A stretch of DNA of 64,000 bases from positions 7,869,930 through 7,933,929 of the forward strand of contig NC_057753.1 in the NCBI RefSeq assembly GCF_004010195.1, given 5' to 3'. This document shows, piece by piece, positions 1 to 14,310 of this stretch (position 1 is its first letter; every line of letters begins with the position of its first letter). The translations under genes were made by a program, and so were the position numbers. This DNA is from Chiloscyllium plagiosum (Eukaryota). Under the pieces are notes generated by a model. The model made no database searches and was not told the origin of the DNA. It worked only from the letters and a program-made list of their open reading frames with translations.

Positions 1-828
1 CAGAAGGATCTAGACAGTTTGGGAGAGTGGTCCAGGAAATGGCTGATGGAATTTAACATGAGCAAGTGCGAGGTCTTGGTGAGAAAATTAATAAAGCCAA
101 AGCACAAAGGGATCTGGGAGTGCTAGTCGAGGATTCTCTAAAGGTAAACATGCAGGTTGAGTCCGTGATTAAGAAAGCGAATGCAATGTTGTCTCTTATC
201 TCAAGAGGGTTGGAATATAAAAGCAGAGATGTACTACTAAGACTTTATAAAGCTCTGGTTAGGCCCCATTTGGAGTACTTTGTCCAGTTTTGGTCCCCAC
301 ACCTCAGGAAGGACATACTGGCACTGGAACGTGTCCAGCGGAGGTTCACACGGATGATCCCTGGAATGACAGGTCTAACATATGAGGAATGGCTGAGGAT
401 ACTGGGATTGTATTCTTTGGAGTTTAGAAGATTAAGGGGAGACTTAATATAGACGTACAAAATAATACATGGCTTGGAAAAGGTGGATGCTAGGAAATTG
501 TTTCTGTTAGACGAGGAGACTAGGACCCGTGGACACAGGCTTAGAATTAGAGGGGGTCATTTCAGAACAGAAATGCGGAGACATTTCTTCAGCCAGAAAG
601 TGGTGAGCCTGTGGAATTCATTGCCACGGAGTGCAGTGTAAGCCGGGACGCTAAATGTCTTCAAGGCCGAGATTGATAGATTCTTGTTGTCTAGAGGAAT
701 TAAGGGCTACGGGGAGAACGCTGGTAAGTGGAGCTGAAATGCGCATCAGCCATGATTGAATGGCGGAGTGGACTCGATGGGCCGAATGGCCTTACTTCCA
801 CTCCTATGTCTTATGGTCTTATGGTCTT
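1..828 (+). mobile_element. CR1-clade LINE, 3' end of ORF2 (RT C-terminus), 3' UTR and microsatellite tail
   Basis: ORF 66..452 contains LYKALVRPHLEY..QFWSP..RKDILALERVQRRFTRMIPG; ends in TATGTCTTATGGTCTTATGGTCTT tail. Confidence 0.95.
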
Positions 829-2500
829 AAATCACTTGAGCTGTAAACCAGAATAAAGCAATGAAGCCAACGTTTGAGCTCAGCAGTATTAAAGTGTGAA
901 TTGACATTTAATGAAACAGAAGAGACAACCCAACTTAATTCGTTCACTTTGAAGTACGAATACTTTGAAAATTCACACTTTTAACAGAGTGATGGTAGAT
1001 CTGTTGAAAGTTTTCAATGGCAAGACAGTGATGTTTGAGGAAGTATGTGTCCAGATGCTCTTATTATCATCCCCACAGTCGTCAATCCAGACGAATCCGT
1101 GGAAACTGTGAGAATAAAATGCATAATTATATATTCACCGCCTATTCCATTTCTTCAAGCTATTAGTTTGTAAGCTGATTTCCTCGTGGAAATATATTTT
1201 TATTATGTTTTTGCCATGTAAACATCTGTGTGTTTTACTAATTCGATACATGCTCTTATTTTAGACACTTCATAATTTCCCAGTTGGAAAATACAGAGCT
1301 TTTATTCATAGTTTATTGGACATTACTATCTCCCCACGTATCATTTGAGGTAATTAGTAAAATTGTATTCAATTTTAAAGTTATTCCATTATTGCATCTG
1401 AGCCAGGTGTCACAAACTTGAGCCATCACTGTACAGGAACTAAGAAAAGTGAACTCTCATCTTGTTTCCTCACTGTCATCGTCATCCTTGGTACGTGGCG
1501 AACTGCTTTTTTCTCTGCAATTGCAATTCTTGACCTGATTTCTGGTTCTTTTAACATTCCACAAACTGCTGTTCCCCGCTGTTTCCCTTAAAACAACATT
1601 GAATTCATTTTTTTGCTACGTACTGCTATTTGTCATTTTCCTATAATGTCTGCAAATTTTATTCATGAGCCTCTCCTGCTTTGCCTTCCCGTTTTCTCGC
1701 TATCCATGTAGGTCGTTCTGCGTTTACAGGGGCATCCTTGTGGTACGAATATTTCTGTTTCCAACACATGGCCGTGCCCGCATGTGTACGTATTTATTGC
1801 TGAACTCTAAACGTGTGTGTACGAATTATTTAATGCATTTCATTATGTTTAGTGCCTGTGTTTGATTATTAATAGATGCATGAAAGTTCATAAATCTGCA
1901 GCTATTGAAATTTGTCTTCCCATGCTATTTTCCTTCTTAATTGTCGTAGATTATATTCACAGCGGAGACCCAGGAATATGTAAACGTATTAAAATGTGCA
2001 GTAAGTTTTGGTGAAATATCGATTTCTTTCATGATGTCTGTTATGTATCAATTTGAACTAAGCCATGCATTTATGAGGGTTCTGTATTTTTTGTGTGTAT
2101 CCATTGAAGCATGTTGCACCCGTATGTTTCATGATTATCCCACTATTTGTTTATGTTTGCGCTTTGTGTCTCTGACTGAGTCTGACGAAGCTCGTAAATG
2201 TGTTTGGATAGGTATGTTCTTCAGTTTGTTGCTTTCCACATACCATTTTGTCAAGCTGACGTTCTCATGAAAAGGTTCCAACGACGATGTTCCATGCCTA
2301 AATGTGCCTTTTCCTGTTTTCTGAGACTATTTTATTGTGTGTGTTTGTGTGAACGTATACTCTTCTGTGAGTTTGTGTTCCACAGATTGTGTTAATCCAT
2401 TTTCGTGTGTTTGTACATTAGAGTTTGGCGTGTATGCGTGTCTAATTATATATACCAAAGTATCTTTGATAATCCACACAGAGTTACTTTTAATTGACCT

Positions 2501-2522
2501 GTGTGTGTGCGTGTGTGTGTGC
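2501..2522. repeat. (TG)n microsatellite within a TG-rich low-complexity tract
   Basis: gtgtgtgtgcgtgtgtgtgtgc. Confidence 0.8.
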
Positions 2523-2699
2523 ACGTGCGGGCGTACCTGTATACATGGGTGTCTGCATGTGTGCGCTTCTATGTGATGTAAGATGGTGCCGCATTTTTTT
2601 GTTTCATTATAAAGAGCGATCAGTTGATGTGGCCATAAACAGCAGTGAATAAATGCAGACTGTCCATGCTAGTACAGAAGTTAAAGAGAGCAATTTAAA

Positions 2700-5220
2700 T
2701 AGAGAAGCGAAGCAGGAGCACAACAGGGAATGAGGGAAGAAGTGTGAATTAAACTTCCCTTATTCGGACTTGAGGTGCAAGGCAAATGACCTCAGGGCAT
2801 TGTTGGGGCCACAGGACTGTGATATCATAGATGTTACACGGCTGAGGGACAATCAGGATTGGCAGCTTAAAATTGCAGGGTACAGATGCTAAATGAACGA
2901 TCGAAACCAAAGCAACAGAGGAGGCGAGGTGGCGTTTTTGTTCAGGAAAATATCTCTGCGGTGCTTCTAGAACTTACTTCTGATGGACCATCCAGTGAAG
3001 ATATATAGGAGGAACTGCGAAAAAAAGGAGGTAATCTATGTAATGAAATTATATATAGCTCCTCAATTCTCTTCCAACAGTTATTGGGAAATTGAAGAAT
3101 AGATATTTAGAGAGATCGCAAATAGGTTTCACAGCATTAGCTTCTAATAGGAGGGAATTTAACTTTCTTACGTAGTTGAGGACTGCAGCAGAGTTAAGGG
3201 CTTAGATAGGGCGAAATTTGTTCAGTGTGTACTGGAACACTTTTGCAATCAAAATATAAATGACCCTACATTTAAAAAACTCAACGTTTTCTTGGGAAGT
3301 AAGGCAGAGACGAAGAAATATGTAATACTTTGGGACAGGTGAACATAATTATATCAGTTTAAACCTAGTTGAGGAAATGAATAAGACTCGTCCAAAGGTT
3401 GACGTTCTATATCAGGGCAGGTCCAATTTTGATGGTATTTGGCAGGAACTTTCTAAAGATGATTGGGAGAGACCATTTACAATTATAGGATCCCATTGCA
3501 ACTGACAGGCTTTCAAAAGCGAGACAACAAGATTACAGATAATAAATTTCCTGTACTCGCGAAGTGTAATGTTGCCTGGAGTTACTCTTACTTTCGGAGG
3601 TAAACTGTAGGGGATCGACTTAAATAGGGAGACAAGAATTGATGTGGGATTTAAAAAGCCGCAAGATACGTTTCAGGATTATAGCCTTCAGAACCACTGA
3701 GCAGAAGTTATTAAGGCATGTTGCAGGTGAATGTTTAGGTACTGGATGATGATGGTCTTCTATAAGAAGGTGAGGACTTCAGCTTGTTGGAGGGAAGAGG
3801 ATTCGTTATCAACCGATATTTCTACTATGTTATTATCAGCCGCATGGGTGAGGTGCCAGAAGACTGGAGGTTGTGTACTGTTGTGCAATTATTGAAGAAA
3901 GGCTGCAAGGGAAAGCCACGGATCTGCAGATTGGTGAGCCTCAAGTCTGTGTTGAGTAGGTTGTGGGAGGGGATTATAACAGTCAGATGCAATTGGGAAA
4001 AAACGGACTGATTGGGGGTTGCCAGGATGTTTTTGTGTGAGTCACAAATTTGGTTTACGTTTATTAAATGTGATCAAAAAGATGGATGAAAGCAGAGCGA
4101 TAGACGTTTTATATGTGGGCTTGAATTCACCTTTTGACAAGGTAGCGCATGATCAGTAGGTTTGGATCACATGGGTTCTGCAGATAGACAAACGGCTGCA
4201 TGCGAAATTGATAAGGTATAAAATTGAGGGTGGAGTTAGAGGATTAGAGATTGGATATCTGAGACCGGCAGTGTGCCACAAGAATTATGCGATTTATATG
4301 ATTATACAGAGGCATGGTTAGCAAGCTTATGGGTGACAACAAAATTCTTGGTGCAGTGAACAGTGAAGAACGTTTTCTAACAGGACAACGAGATCTTTAT
4401 CAATTGGGTCAGCTGGCCGCCGAATGGCAAATTGAGTACAAGTCAGATAACTGTGATGTGCTGATTTTTGGTTAGACAACACAGAGCTGGACTTGCGCAG
4501 TTAATTGTTGTTTCTAGCAAGTGTTGTTGATCAGAGAGTACAAGGGTTGCAAATACATAGTTCCTCGAAAGTGACACAGATATTGCCCGTGGTAGCGAAG
4601 AAGGCGTATGGCATGCCTCCATTTATCATTCAGTTCATGGAATACGCCAGTTGGGACATCATGAAAGATATCGATCTGGTCAACTTGGAATTCTGTATAT
4701 ACTGTTCGCCATGCCGTAGGAAGCATGTTACTAAACTGAAAATTATGCAAGAAAATTTTCAAGGATATTATCAAGACTGGAAGTTATAAGGAACTGGAAG
4801 GATAGATAGTTTGGGATTTTTCTCTCCCTGGAACGTCAGAGATTGACAGCTGATTTTGTTCATGATTATAAATTTATGAGTGGGACAGATAAGGTGTATA
4901 ACGTATGCCTTCTCTCTAGGGTAGTGAAACCAAAAAAAATGGACAAATATTTATAATAAGAGGGTAATGAATTGAAACGACTTGAGCAGCATTTGTTTTA
5001 ACACAGAGCGTGGTGCGTGCTTGAAGCGAGCTATAAAAAATAAGTTGTGGCGGAGGGAAAAATGCAACATTTAAAAGACATTTAGGGAGGTACATGGATA
5101 GGAAGGGTCTGCAGGGACTTTGGCAAAACTCTAGCAAATGGGACTAGTTCAGTTTAGAAAACCTGGCAAGCATGGCCAAATTGAGTTGAAGGTCTGAGTC
5201 CATGCTGTGTGACTCTGTGT
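2700..5220 (+). mobile_element. Old, degenerate CR1 LINE spanning endonuclease, RT and 3' end
   Basis: Remnants GEVPEDWR..VVQLLKKG..LVSL (3784 ORF), AKKAYGM..FI (4505 ORF); CR1-like 3' UTR; many stops and frameshifts. Confidence 0.85.
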
Positions 5221-7129
5221 GTCAATAAGATATATACGTGACTGTGTGCATGGATGTGTATCTGTATTAGTGTGCCTATATGTATTGAGTGACTGGACTT
5301 CTTCTTTTCAGACACGTGGGCTGAATGATCTCCTATTATTCCCATCAAAAATCTCAAGTTGTTTCCTCTCCTTCTACTGTTCGTGGGCAACAGGTTCTAT
5401 GGGATGAAAGGCCTCATTGTGTTCCAGTTAAACGATCTTTAGGCACTTTGTGGCCTTTTCCAGTTGGTGTATGAGAGAAACCAGGACGCTAAATGGTCTC
5501 GTCCTCTGTTCTGATACACCTGAGTCGATGGCCAAAGTGCACTTCTGCTGTTTGTTTTGTGTAACACGCGACAGAACCGGAAACGAATCGTTCACATTAT
5601 GTGTAATTGGCTCCTGTTTCTGACCCCAACTGGTCTGATATCTGAAAGTAAGATAATCTTTCATTCTTCTGAACACCCATGAGTGATGACTCAATCAACC
5701 ATTAGTTTCTCATATGCTAATCTTTACGGAGCATGAATCAATTGAATAACCTATCTGCATCGATTGCAACGATACCCTTTCTTCAGTAAGGAGATGAGAT
5801 TTGTAGATAATGCAGCAGAAATAATCTCACTAAGTTTCTATACAGATGCAGCAGCACTTTGCGACTTTCATCCTTGATCTCATTTGCAACAAATGCCAGC
5901 ATTGAGATGAGAAATGTGTGATATTTTTTAAAAATAAAGACTATTGTATTGGACATTGAGATTTTTTTTCAAAATAATTTTGCCATAGAGCATAGGCAGC
6001 GGATTCATTTAATATTTTTTTAAAGGAGAGGCATGTGACTGCATGATATATTAAAGGTCGAATGTTATGTAGATGAGGGTGCAATAATGTGGTAAGAGAC
6101 AACAATCAGATCCCCCAAGATATTACTGGAGAGTAGAGCAATTTCAAGGGACCGAATGGTTTACTAATGCACGTTACACTAAGCCAAATAAGCCAAATCT
6201 GCTCCTGTTTCTGTGTCGTATTATCAGGGACTGACTCACTGTCTCCTGTTCCAGTATAATTTTCTGAGGGGATAAATGGCATCCACTTTTCCTTCTGCGT
6301 GCTGCTCAATCTGTTGAATGATGGCTCCAGCTGATAATAATGCTTGCAATACTGATTTGCTTCCTGATGATCGTGTATTGCAGAATAGTGGAATGGAATG
6401 AGTTATGAAAACGTGGGTACAACTTTCAGAGAGTTAAGAGCAGCAGAACTACCGGACCCAGCACCAAGTGTACACAAAAATGCTAACAATGTAACGCTTG
6501 GTCAAACGACTCGATTCGTTCATTGTTTGGGTCCAAAAACAAATTCGAATTATACCCGAAACATAACCCGAATTGACGATATTGACAATATGTTAAAGCC
6601 AATGACACAATCCGATGGTCTCGAGTATAAGACTGGGAAAAATTCAACGGTTGTGTGGGGAACTGCCATGGCCCAGCATATTAACAGACTGTTTAAAAAC
6701 AGTTTTCACTTAAAAGTACTCTTTCGATCAGTAACCTGTGAGGCAGAAATTCTTAACAAGGCGAAAAGAAGACAGAGTAAGGTCCGAAGACAAGAAAATA
6801 CAGCTACCTGATTTTGAGATAAGAAGTGCTGTTAGTTAATCTTAATTGGGAATTTTATCGGACAAATATTATAGAAGTGAAACGAAAACATAGGTGAGAG
6901 AAAGAAATTGTAAATAATGGTTCGTTAACTTTTCTCTTAAGTATATTAGTGGTAAAATAATAATAAGAGAGAGAGTGAGAGAGAGAATAGGACCCCTCAA
7001 GACCAACGTGACGAGAATGTGGAGAAGCGCAAGGGATGGGTGAGGTCTGCAATGAACATTTCTCCTCTTGTTTACCACAGAGAATCACATGAAGATTTGG
7101 GGACTTGAGGAAATTAGTGGCCATAACTC

Positions 7130-8720
7130 GGGGACAGTACATAGAGGAGGTGTTGGCCGTATTAGAAAGTATGAAGTTGGATAAATCTATTGGGGGTTCT
7201 GAACAGATATACCCAGGAGCACTTCAAGAGACGAGAGAAGTAATTGCGATGACCCAAGCTGATATTTTCGCATCACCTTAGACAGGTGCTAGTTCCACAA
7301 AGACTGGAGGGTAGAGAATTTTGTGGCGATATTCACAACGAGCTGCAAAAATAAATCCCTGAAAATGTCCACCAGTTAGCCTCACGTCTGTGGTGGGTGA
7401 CTTACTTGAGAAAACCCTGAAAGATAAGATATGCATGCATTTGGAAAATTTGGGTTCAGCACGGCTTTGTGCAAAGGTGATAAAACCTCAGAAGTTTGTT
7501 AGTGTTCTTTGATGAAGTGACCAGTAAGATTGACGAGGGCAAGACGGTTGACGTAGTCTATATGATATCAGAAAGTTCTTTGATAAGGTTCCACGTGGAA
7601 AGCTGTTCTGGAATCGAGGTGGAGATGACAACTTGGATACATAATTGACTTGAGGTTAGGAAGCAGTGAGTAATCATGGAAGTTTGCTTGTCGAACTGGA
7701 ACCCTGTGAGTAGTGGAGTGCCTCACGGCACGCTGCTGGGCCCATAGGTGTTTATTACCCATATCAAAGGTTTGAATGAGAATGTACAAGGTATAACTAA
7801 TAAATTTGCAGACGACAATAAAATAGCAAGTATTGTGGACAGTGAGGATGGTTATCAGAAATTGCAGCAGGACCTTGATCAACTGGGGAAATAAGCCGCG
7901 AAATGACAGATGGAGTTGCATACAGGTAAGTGTGAGTTCTTGCATTTTGGAAAGTCAAATCAAGGTCGGAGTTTCATGGTGAATGGTATGGCTTTAGGAG
8001 TGCAGTGAAACAGAGGGATATTGGTGTTTTGGTGCACGGTTCTCTGAAAGTGGAGTCACAGGTAGACAGGGCAGTGAAGAAACCACTTAGCGCACCTGGC
8101 TTTCATCAGTCAGAGAATTGAGTATAGATGTTGGAAAACTATGCTGCAGTTGGACTTTGGTAAGGCTGCAATTGGAGCATTGTGCATAATTTTGGTTATA
8201 GTGATATAGTAATGATGTTATTTAAATGGAAAGGGTGCAGACGAAATTCGCAAGAATGTTGCCAGGACTCAAGTGTCTGAGTTATAGGTCGAATTTTTTA
8301 GACAAGATAAGATGTTTTCTTTACAGCGTAGCAGGATGAGCGGGGAGTTTGTCGATATGTAAAATATAATGAGAAGCATGGAGAGAGTGACTGCACGAAG
8401 TGTTTTTCTCAAGAGGAGAATCGAGGACTAGAGGGCATTAGCTTTAGGTTAGAGGCGAAAGAATAAAAGGGAACCGGACTAACAACATTTTTACACAAGG
8501 TGTAGTAGTCATATAGACTGAATTGCCAGAGGAAAAGATTGAAATGGGAATTTTAACAGCATTTAAAGACATTTGGATAAATACATGGATAGCAAAGGTT
8601 TAGATGGATATGGTCCAAGTGTAGGGAAATGGGATGAGCGAAAGTGAACAGTATGGTTGACATGGAACAGTTTGCGCTAAAGGGCCTGTCTCTGTGCCAT
8701 AGGACGCTATGCCTCTATGA
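7130..8720 (+). mobile_element. Degenerate CR1 LINE, RT half and 3' UTR
   Basis: Codes remnants of DWRV, FDKVPxG, VxSGVP, KFADD (taaatttgcagacgac at ~7801); CR1-type tail near 8690-8720. Confidence 0.88.
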
Positions 8721-8889
8721 CTTCGAAAGACGAATGAAACTCTTATTCGTTCCTCTGTTACATGCCCACAAGTGGCATTGCCTTTGCTGTCGCTGTGCAA
8801 ATGGCCTGAGAAGCTAAATAGCCTTCTTGTTCCTCTGTAATATGTCCGAGATAGATTGAATGGTTGTCTTCTACCTGTAGACCTGATGA

Positions 8890-9525
8890 TGTTATGGACG
8901 GGGCCAAACTACTCAAAACATTCTGAAAACGGTAGCCCAGACTGTAATTTTGTAATTTGTTTCTGTAGGTGTACAATGAAAATTACCCGGAATACGTTAG
9001 CTAGGTTGACTACCAGGCTTTAAAACTGACACAAAAATTCATAAAATTACAGAATGCAACACGAAGAACAGAATAAAGAGAGCCTACAGAATTCAGTCTA
9101 TCCAAACTAGACTTAATTATGCTGTTCCAAATATGCACAACAGTCCGAGTTAACAAACCCTTACACACTATAAAAATGAAACATAGGCTTGCAGGTCGAT
9201 GATAGAAGGGAAGAAGGAGAGCTTATCAGCCTGCTTCCACACATTTCCATTGCTGAATTGCCTTTGCCTAAATTTCTGAACTGAACTGCTCAGCTAGCGA
9301 GCTGGGCACACCCCCTTTATTGTATACATTACTTCTGAAAACATAAATGCTTTGGCATAAAGTCTCATCGGTTATCGTATAAACAAAAAGGCCTTCTATC
9401 TCTGTACCAAATCAATCGTTTCGGAGCCCAAATGGTTGATGACCCCTCCGAAAAAAAAACAAAGGATACCAGTATCCTTCAGGAAAGGAGCAGCTCTGAG
9501 AAAAAAAAGGATCAGTTTTGTGACA
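8890..9525 (-). mobile_element. Solo LTR, Gmr1/Gypsy-type
   Basis: TGTTATGGAC...GTGACA termini; collinear similarity to 15572-16213; 4-bp flanks atga/atgg. Confidence 0.8.
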
Positions 9526-12324
9526 ATGGAGATAATGTCTACTTTCTGAGTTTCTGTAAAAGTTTGATGCAGTTACGAACAGGCACTTGTTCCGATCTTA
9601 CAGGCTCTCAGTGCTGAATGAACTCTGTTTATTTACGTGTATAAAAGTCGCACTTCCGTTCTGTGCAGAAGTCTGGAGAGCCTGACCAGCTACACCTTGC
9701 TCCTGTATAACAGATTTGAGAGGCCGTTGCCTCCATCCCATTCCTCCTTAAATGTGATCGATCAGCTGATTAAATGAAACAAAAACGCACAAATTAGGAG
9801 AAGTTGCCATCAATCAGCCAAGGCATCTGGGCTGCCATTCGGACACATTGTAGTTGATCGGATTATAGTCGAAATACACTTTCCTTTCAGAATGTTCAGA
9901 AGGGAGATGATCTAGCATAGCAGAGAAGTTGAACAACGAAAAAACCGCTGGCACCGAACATGAAAATATATTGTGTGTCAGTGAGCAGCTTCCCGTTGAG
10001 AACCTGTTGTTTGTGAGAACTGTCGATTTCCAATGTACCACACTATTGATCATCAGAAGATAACTGATTGGATGCAACGTAACTGGATTGAACTCTATTT
10101 CTATTTTTTTTATCTCAGGGCATAACTGGGCAATTACGTGCATTGTTGGGCAAATGTCAGTGTTGCAGACGCAATGGCACAACTTGTGGAGTGGTTATTT
10201 CTAAAAGGTGAACCTCCAGGAAAATAGCTGGGATGATGTCCGCGCCAAGAAGCTGCGTTCACTGCATGCTTGCATGCTTATTACCACCACATTGATTCCT
10301 CATTAGTCGGCATATCTGGTAATGCTCCGTGAGCAATCTCCTGCAATTAATATTGAATCAGGGGAAGTTCGCCTGCTTTTTTAATAGTTGCTGACTGGGG
10401 ATGTTGCTGGCAATGAGGTTACACGTTGTGATTGACAACAGTTCTACTGATGACGATGGATCACAAGACCTCTTTGGTATCCAGTTATGAGACACAACTC
10501 TGTTCGCATCAGTGTCACATGTCAAGATGGAGGGTGTATTCATTATGATGACGAGGTTTCATCTCTCCAGGAGTGTCTGCTGGGCAAATCTACAGATACT
10601 GTTACGGACAGATGCATGCATGTCAAGCAGATAGCTTTCTGTTGTTCAGCTGCTTTGCATTCTCGACCTTAGCCAGCTCAGTCAGTGGGATCGTGGTACA
10701 CTCTTGCTGATGAACATTCAAGTGTCTCTCACAGCATACATTCCGTCTTCGTGCTTCTCTTAGTGCTTCTTGTAATTCATTTTCAAGTTCGAGGCGCCTT
10801 GAATTATCAGTGCGGGGTGGTAGGGACGTCTGTACATATACATCTGTACAGAATTCTTGATCCTCATAGACCTGTTACGATGAGATTTCTTGGGGACTCG
10901 AGTCAAAGTTGATCAATTCAAAAGCTATTCCCTTCCAATTGTCTACCGTTGTGCCAATACTATTGATGGGTCTGCCTGACTAGATGGACTGGATATCCCA
11001 AGCGATGGTGATGGTGGTAACTGAGACATTGTTTATCAGATATGATTTCGAGAGTATGACAAATTTGAAGGTTGTTTTTTCATAATTCAATGTAAAGAAT
11101 AAAATTAAGAAGGAGAGCAGTATAATTATTAAGCTGAATGAAATATGTATTGAATTCTGTATTTTCAAAATAATCGAGGAATTAACCCTGTGAAAAGATT
11201 TCAATGCTAATGATAAAATAGCATTAGGGAAAATGGCTAAAGGGTGACAAATGTTGGGAACTGAATTACCAGGACAGTTCAAAATTAGGATGGTTGGGTA
11301 AAAATAAAAAGGGTTAGTTTCAGAATAAGTGACACTTGAATAAACATAAGAGCTAGTCTTAGGGGGAATTATCAAGGTATTAACTGAATCTCGTTTTGTT
11401 ATCTTTGGCAAAGTGCGAGGCACATCGAATTTAGGAAGTGATTTTCAATGGGAAATTCAATGGGTCTCACCAAACTCCTAGAATTAATTAGAGTTCAAGC
11501 CTTCACTGCCAAAATCACTTTTGGCATCTTCCACAACTTACTTCAGACCCTTACCAGAACAATTCACCACTCAAATTAGTTCCTAGCATAATGTGCATAG
11601 TGCTGAATAAGCACTGTAAGCCCAATACTACCATGAACAGACTCTAGCATTCTCTTTCGAATCTCTAGCCCATACCCATGGTGGCAGCGTCTCCTTCACG
11701 TACAATTCAGTCTTTTATGCATTAATTATAAATATCTTCACAAATATTTCTGAAAGCTTTTGCATTATTTATTTTCCACCAAATCAGTTCCGGTATTACG
11801 ATAAAGATTCTAAGATTACGTGTCTGAATCCTCCGAAGTCTATTGTATTCACACTGCCTATGTTTATTTACATTAATCAGAATGACTTCACATAAATTAT
11901 TCGAATCATGAAACTGGTGGAATTCTGATTTCGAAAAATAAATGAAATCTTGTTAACTTCTCATCTTCAGGACCTCAACTAAAATTAGATAACCTCACGG
12001 ATCACGGGTAATGCGCCTTTTATTTTGCTTGTATGGGCGATTCTCCAAAATGTTGTTTGTATGAACACTAATCTCAACAGAGGGAAAACGTATCAAGTAG
12101 AATGAAGATACTGAGAAAATCATTATTTACACTTTATTCATATCCTACCATACACAGTCAGGTATAACATAGGAATGGCAGAATTAAATCTGCCTCGGGA
12201 ATCAAGCTTCCCAGAAGTCCATAGACAGAAATCATTTCCCCGTGTAATGTCACAGGTAATATAAAGCAGAAAACAGCTACATGATGAATTTCCTTCTGCA
12301 TAGCATCACTAAAGACATCCAGAC

Positions 12325-13690
12325 AAATATGACTCAGCAGGTCAGGCAGCATCCAAGAGCAGGAGAAAAGACGTTTCGAGCATGAGCTCTCCTTCAGGAA
12401 TGAGGAGAGTGTGCCAAGCAGGCTAAGATAAAAAGTAGGGAGGAGGAACTTGAGGGAGAGGCGTTGGAAATGCGATAGGTGGAAGGAGGTTAAGGTGAGG
12501 GTGATAGGCCGGAGTGGGGGCGGGGGCGGAGAGATCAGGAAGAAGATTGAAGGTTAGGAAGGTGGTTCTGAGTTCGATGGTGTGGACTGAGACTAGGTGG
12601 GGGGAGGGGAAATGAGGAAACTGGAGAAATCTGAGTTAATCCCTTGTGGTTTGAGGGTTCTTAGGCGGAAGATGAAGCGCTCTTCCTCCAGCTATCGTGT
12701 TGCTATGGTCTGGTGATAGAGGAGTCCAAGGACCTGCATGTCCTTGGTGGAGTGGGAGGGGGAGTTGAAGTGTTGAGCCACGTGGTGGTTNNNNNNNNNN
12801 NNNNNNNNNNNNNNNNNNNNNNNNNNNNNNNNNNNNNNNNNNNNNNNNNNNNNNNNNNNNNNNNNNNNNNNNNNNNNNNNNNNNNNNNNNNNNNNNNNNN
12901 NNNNNNNNNNNNNNNNNNNNNNNNNNNNNNNNNNNNNNNNNNNNNNNNNNNNNNNNNNNNNNNNNNNNNNNNNNNNNNNNNNNNNNNNNNNNNNNNNNNN
13001 NNNNNNNNNNNNNNNNNNNNNNNNNNNNNNNNNNNNNNNNNNNNNNNNNNNNNNNNNNNNNNNNNNNNNNNNNNNNNNNNNNNNNNNNNNNNNNNNNNNN
13101 NNNNNNNNNNNNNNNNNNNNNNNNNNNNNNNNNNNNNNNNNNNNNNNNNNNNNNNNNNNNNNNNNNNNNNNNNNNNNNNNNNNNNNNNNNNNNNNNNNNN
13201 NNNNNNNNNNNNNNNNNNNNNNNNNNNNNNNNNNNNNNNNNNNNNNNNNNNNNNNNNNNNNNNNNNNNNNNNNNNNNNNNNNNNNNNNNNNNNNNNNNNN
13301 NNNNNNNNNNNNNNNNNNNNNNNNNNNNNNNNNNNNNNNNNNNNNNNNNNNNNNNNNNNNNNNNNNNNNNNNNNNNNNNNNNNNNNNNNATGTATATGGA
13401 GGTTGGTGGGGTGGTAGGTGAGGACCAGTGGGGTTCTGTCCTGGTGGCGATTGGAGGGGCGGGGCTCAGGGCAGAGGAGTGGGAAGTGCAGGAGATGCGA
13501 TGGAGAGCATCGTCGATCACGTCTGGGGGGAAATTGCGGTCTTTGAAGAAGGAGGCCATCTGGGTTGTTCGGTATTGGAACTGGTCCTCCTGGGAGCAGA
13601 TGCTGCGGAGATGAAGGAATTGGGAATGTGGGATGGCGTTTTTACAGGGGGCAGGGTGGGAGGAGGTGTAGTCTAGGTAGCTGTGGGAAG
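12325..13690 (-). mobile_element. Penelope-like element (RT C-terminus/GIY-YIG region plus terminal repeat), split by an assembly gap
   Basis: ORF MASFFKDRNFPPDVIDDALHRIS; same family as 58258-58970; terminal CAGCAGGTCAGGCAGCATCC..GACGTTTCG motif. Confidence 0.8.
12791..13389. other. Assembly gap (599 N)
   Basis: N run. Confidence 1.
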
Positions 13691-14149
13691 AATCGAATGT
13701 CTAGTTCAACCCGTTCCCCTTCCAATAAAAACACCTGCTTAGCCTGTGAGCTCTGCTCCTTGCTCTGAACCGCTACAACAGAAGAAACACGACTCAATCA
13801 AAACGAAGTTTTGAGACATGGTGCCCGATTACCAACCTTAATTTACAAAGTACAAAGAACTCATTTTTTGCGCTGGGATCGGTTCATTGATGGCCTTTCT
13901 GATCATGATCATGGAGACAGACAGTGGGCGGAACAATCAGGCTCACTGCCGACACAAAGACTCAAGGATGGAAATGAGGGAGAACTTTAAAATCTCCCGC
14001 GTGCAGAGAAAGAGAGATAGATCGGCAGTATACTCAACAGCCACATTATTCTGGGCTGTTGACACCATACGTTATACAAAGTCACATTCAGCGATTGGTT
14101 GTCTCCAACCTTTGGCCTTTCGAAACCACAACAGAAAGGGATATTTTTT

Positions 14150-14310
14150 TCTCTCACACTATCTGTCACTCCTGCGCTCTCTCTCTATCAGGAGATCTCT
14201 GTCTCTGCTTCGATATCGCTCTATCTCTGCTACTCTCTCTTCATCACTCGCCACCTCTCTCCCTTTTCCTCTTTCTCTCTTTCTTTTCCTCCCTTGGTCA
14301 TTCTCTCTCT
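14150..14310. repeat. CT-rich low-complexity tract
   Basis: Degenerate (CT)n/(TCTC)n. Confidence 0.7.

Noticed and set aside
960..1500. Possible exons (minus-strand acceptor near 1105; plus-strand CCTTG|GTACGT donor near 1490)
   Set aside because: No partner splice sites or recognisable translation
6398..6811. 137-aa ORF
   Set aside because: No recognisable domain or splice context; lies next to CR1 debris
9800..10900. Possible ancient retroelement remnant on the minus strand
   Set aside because: Only vague resemblance to Penelope-like segments; no motif could be confirmed
10980..11423. 147-aa hydrophobic ORF
   Set aside because: AT-rich composition, non-ATG start, no recognisable motifs
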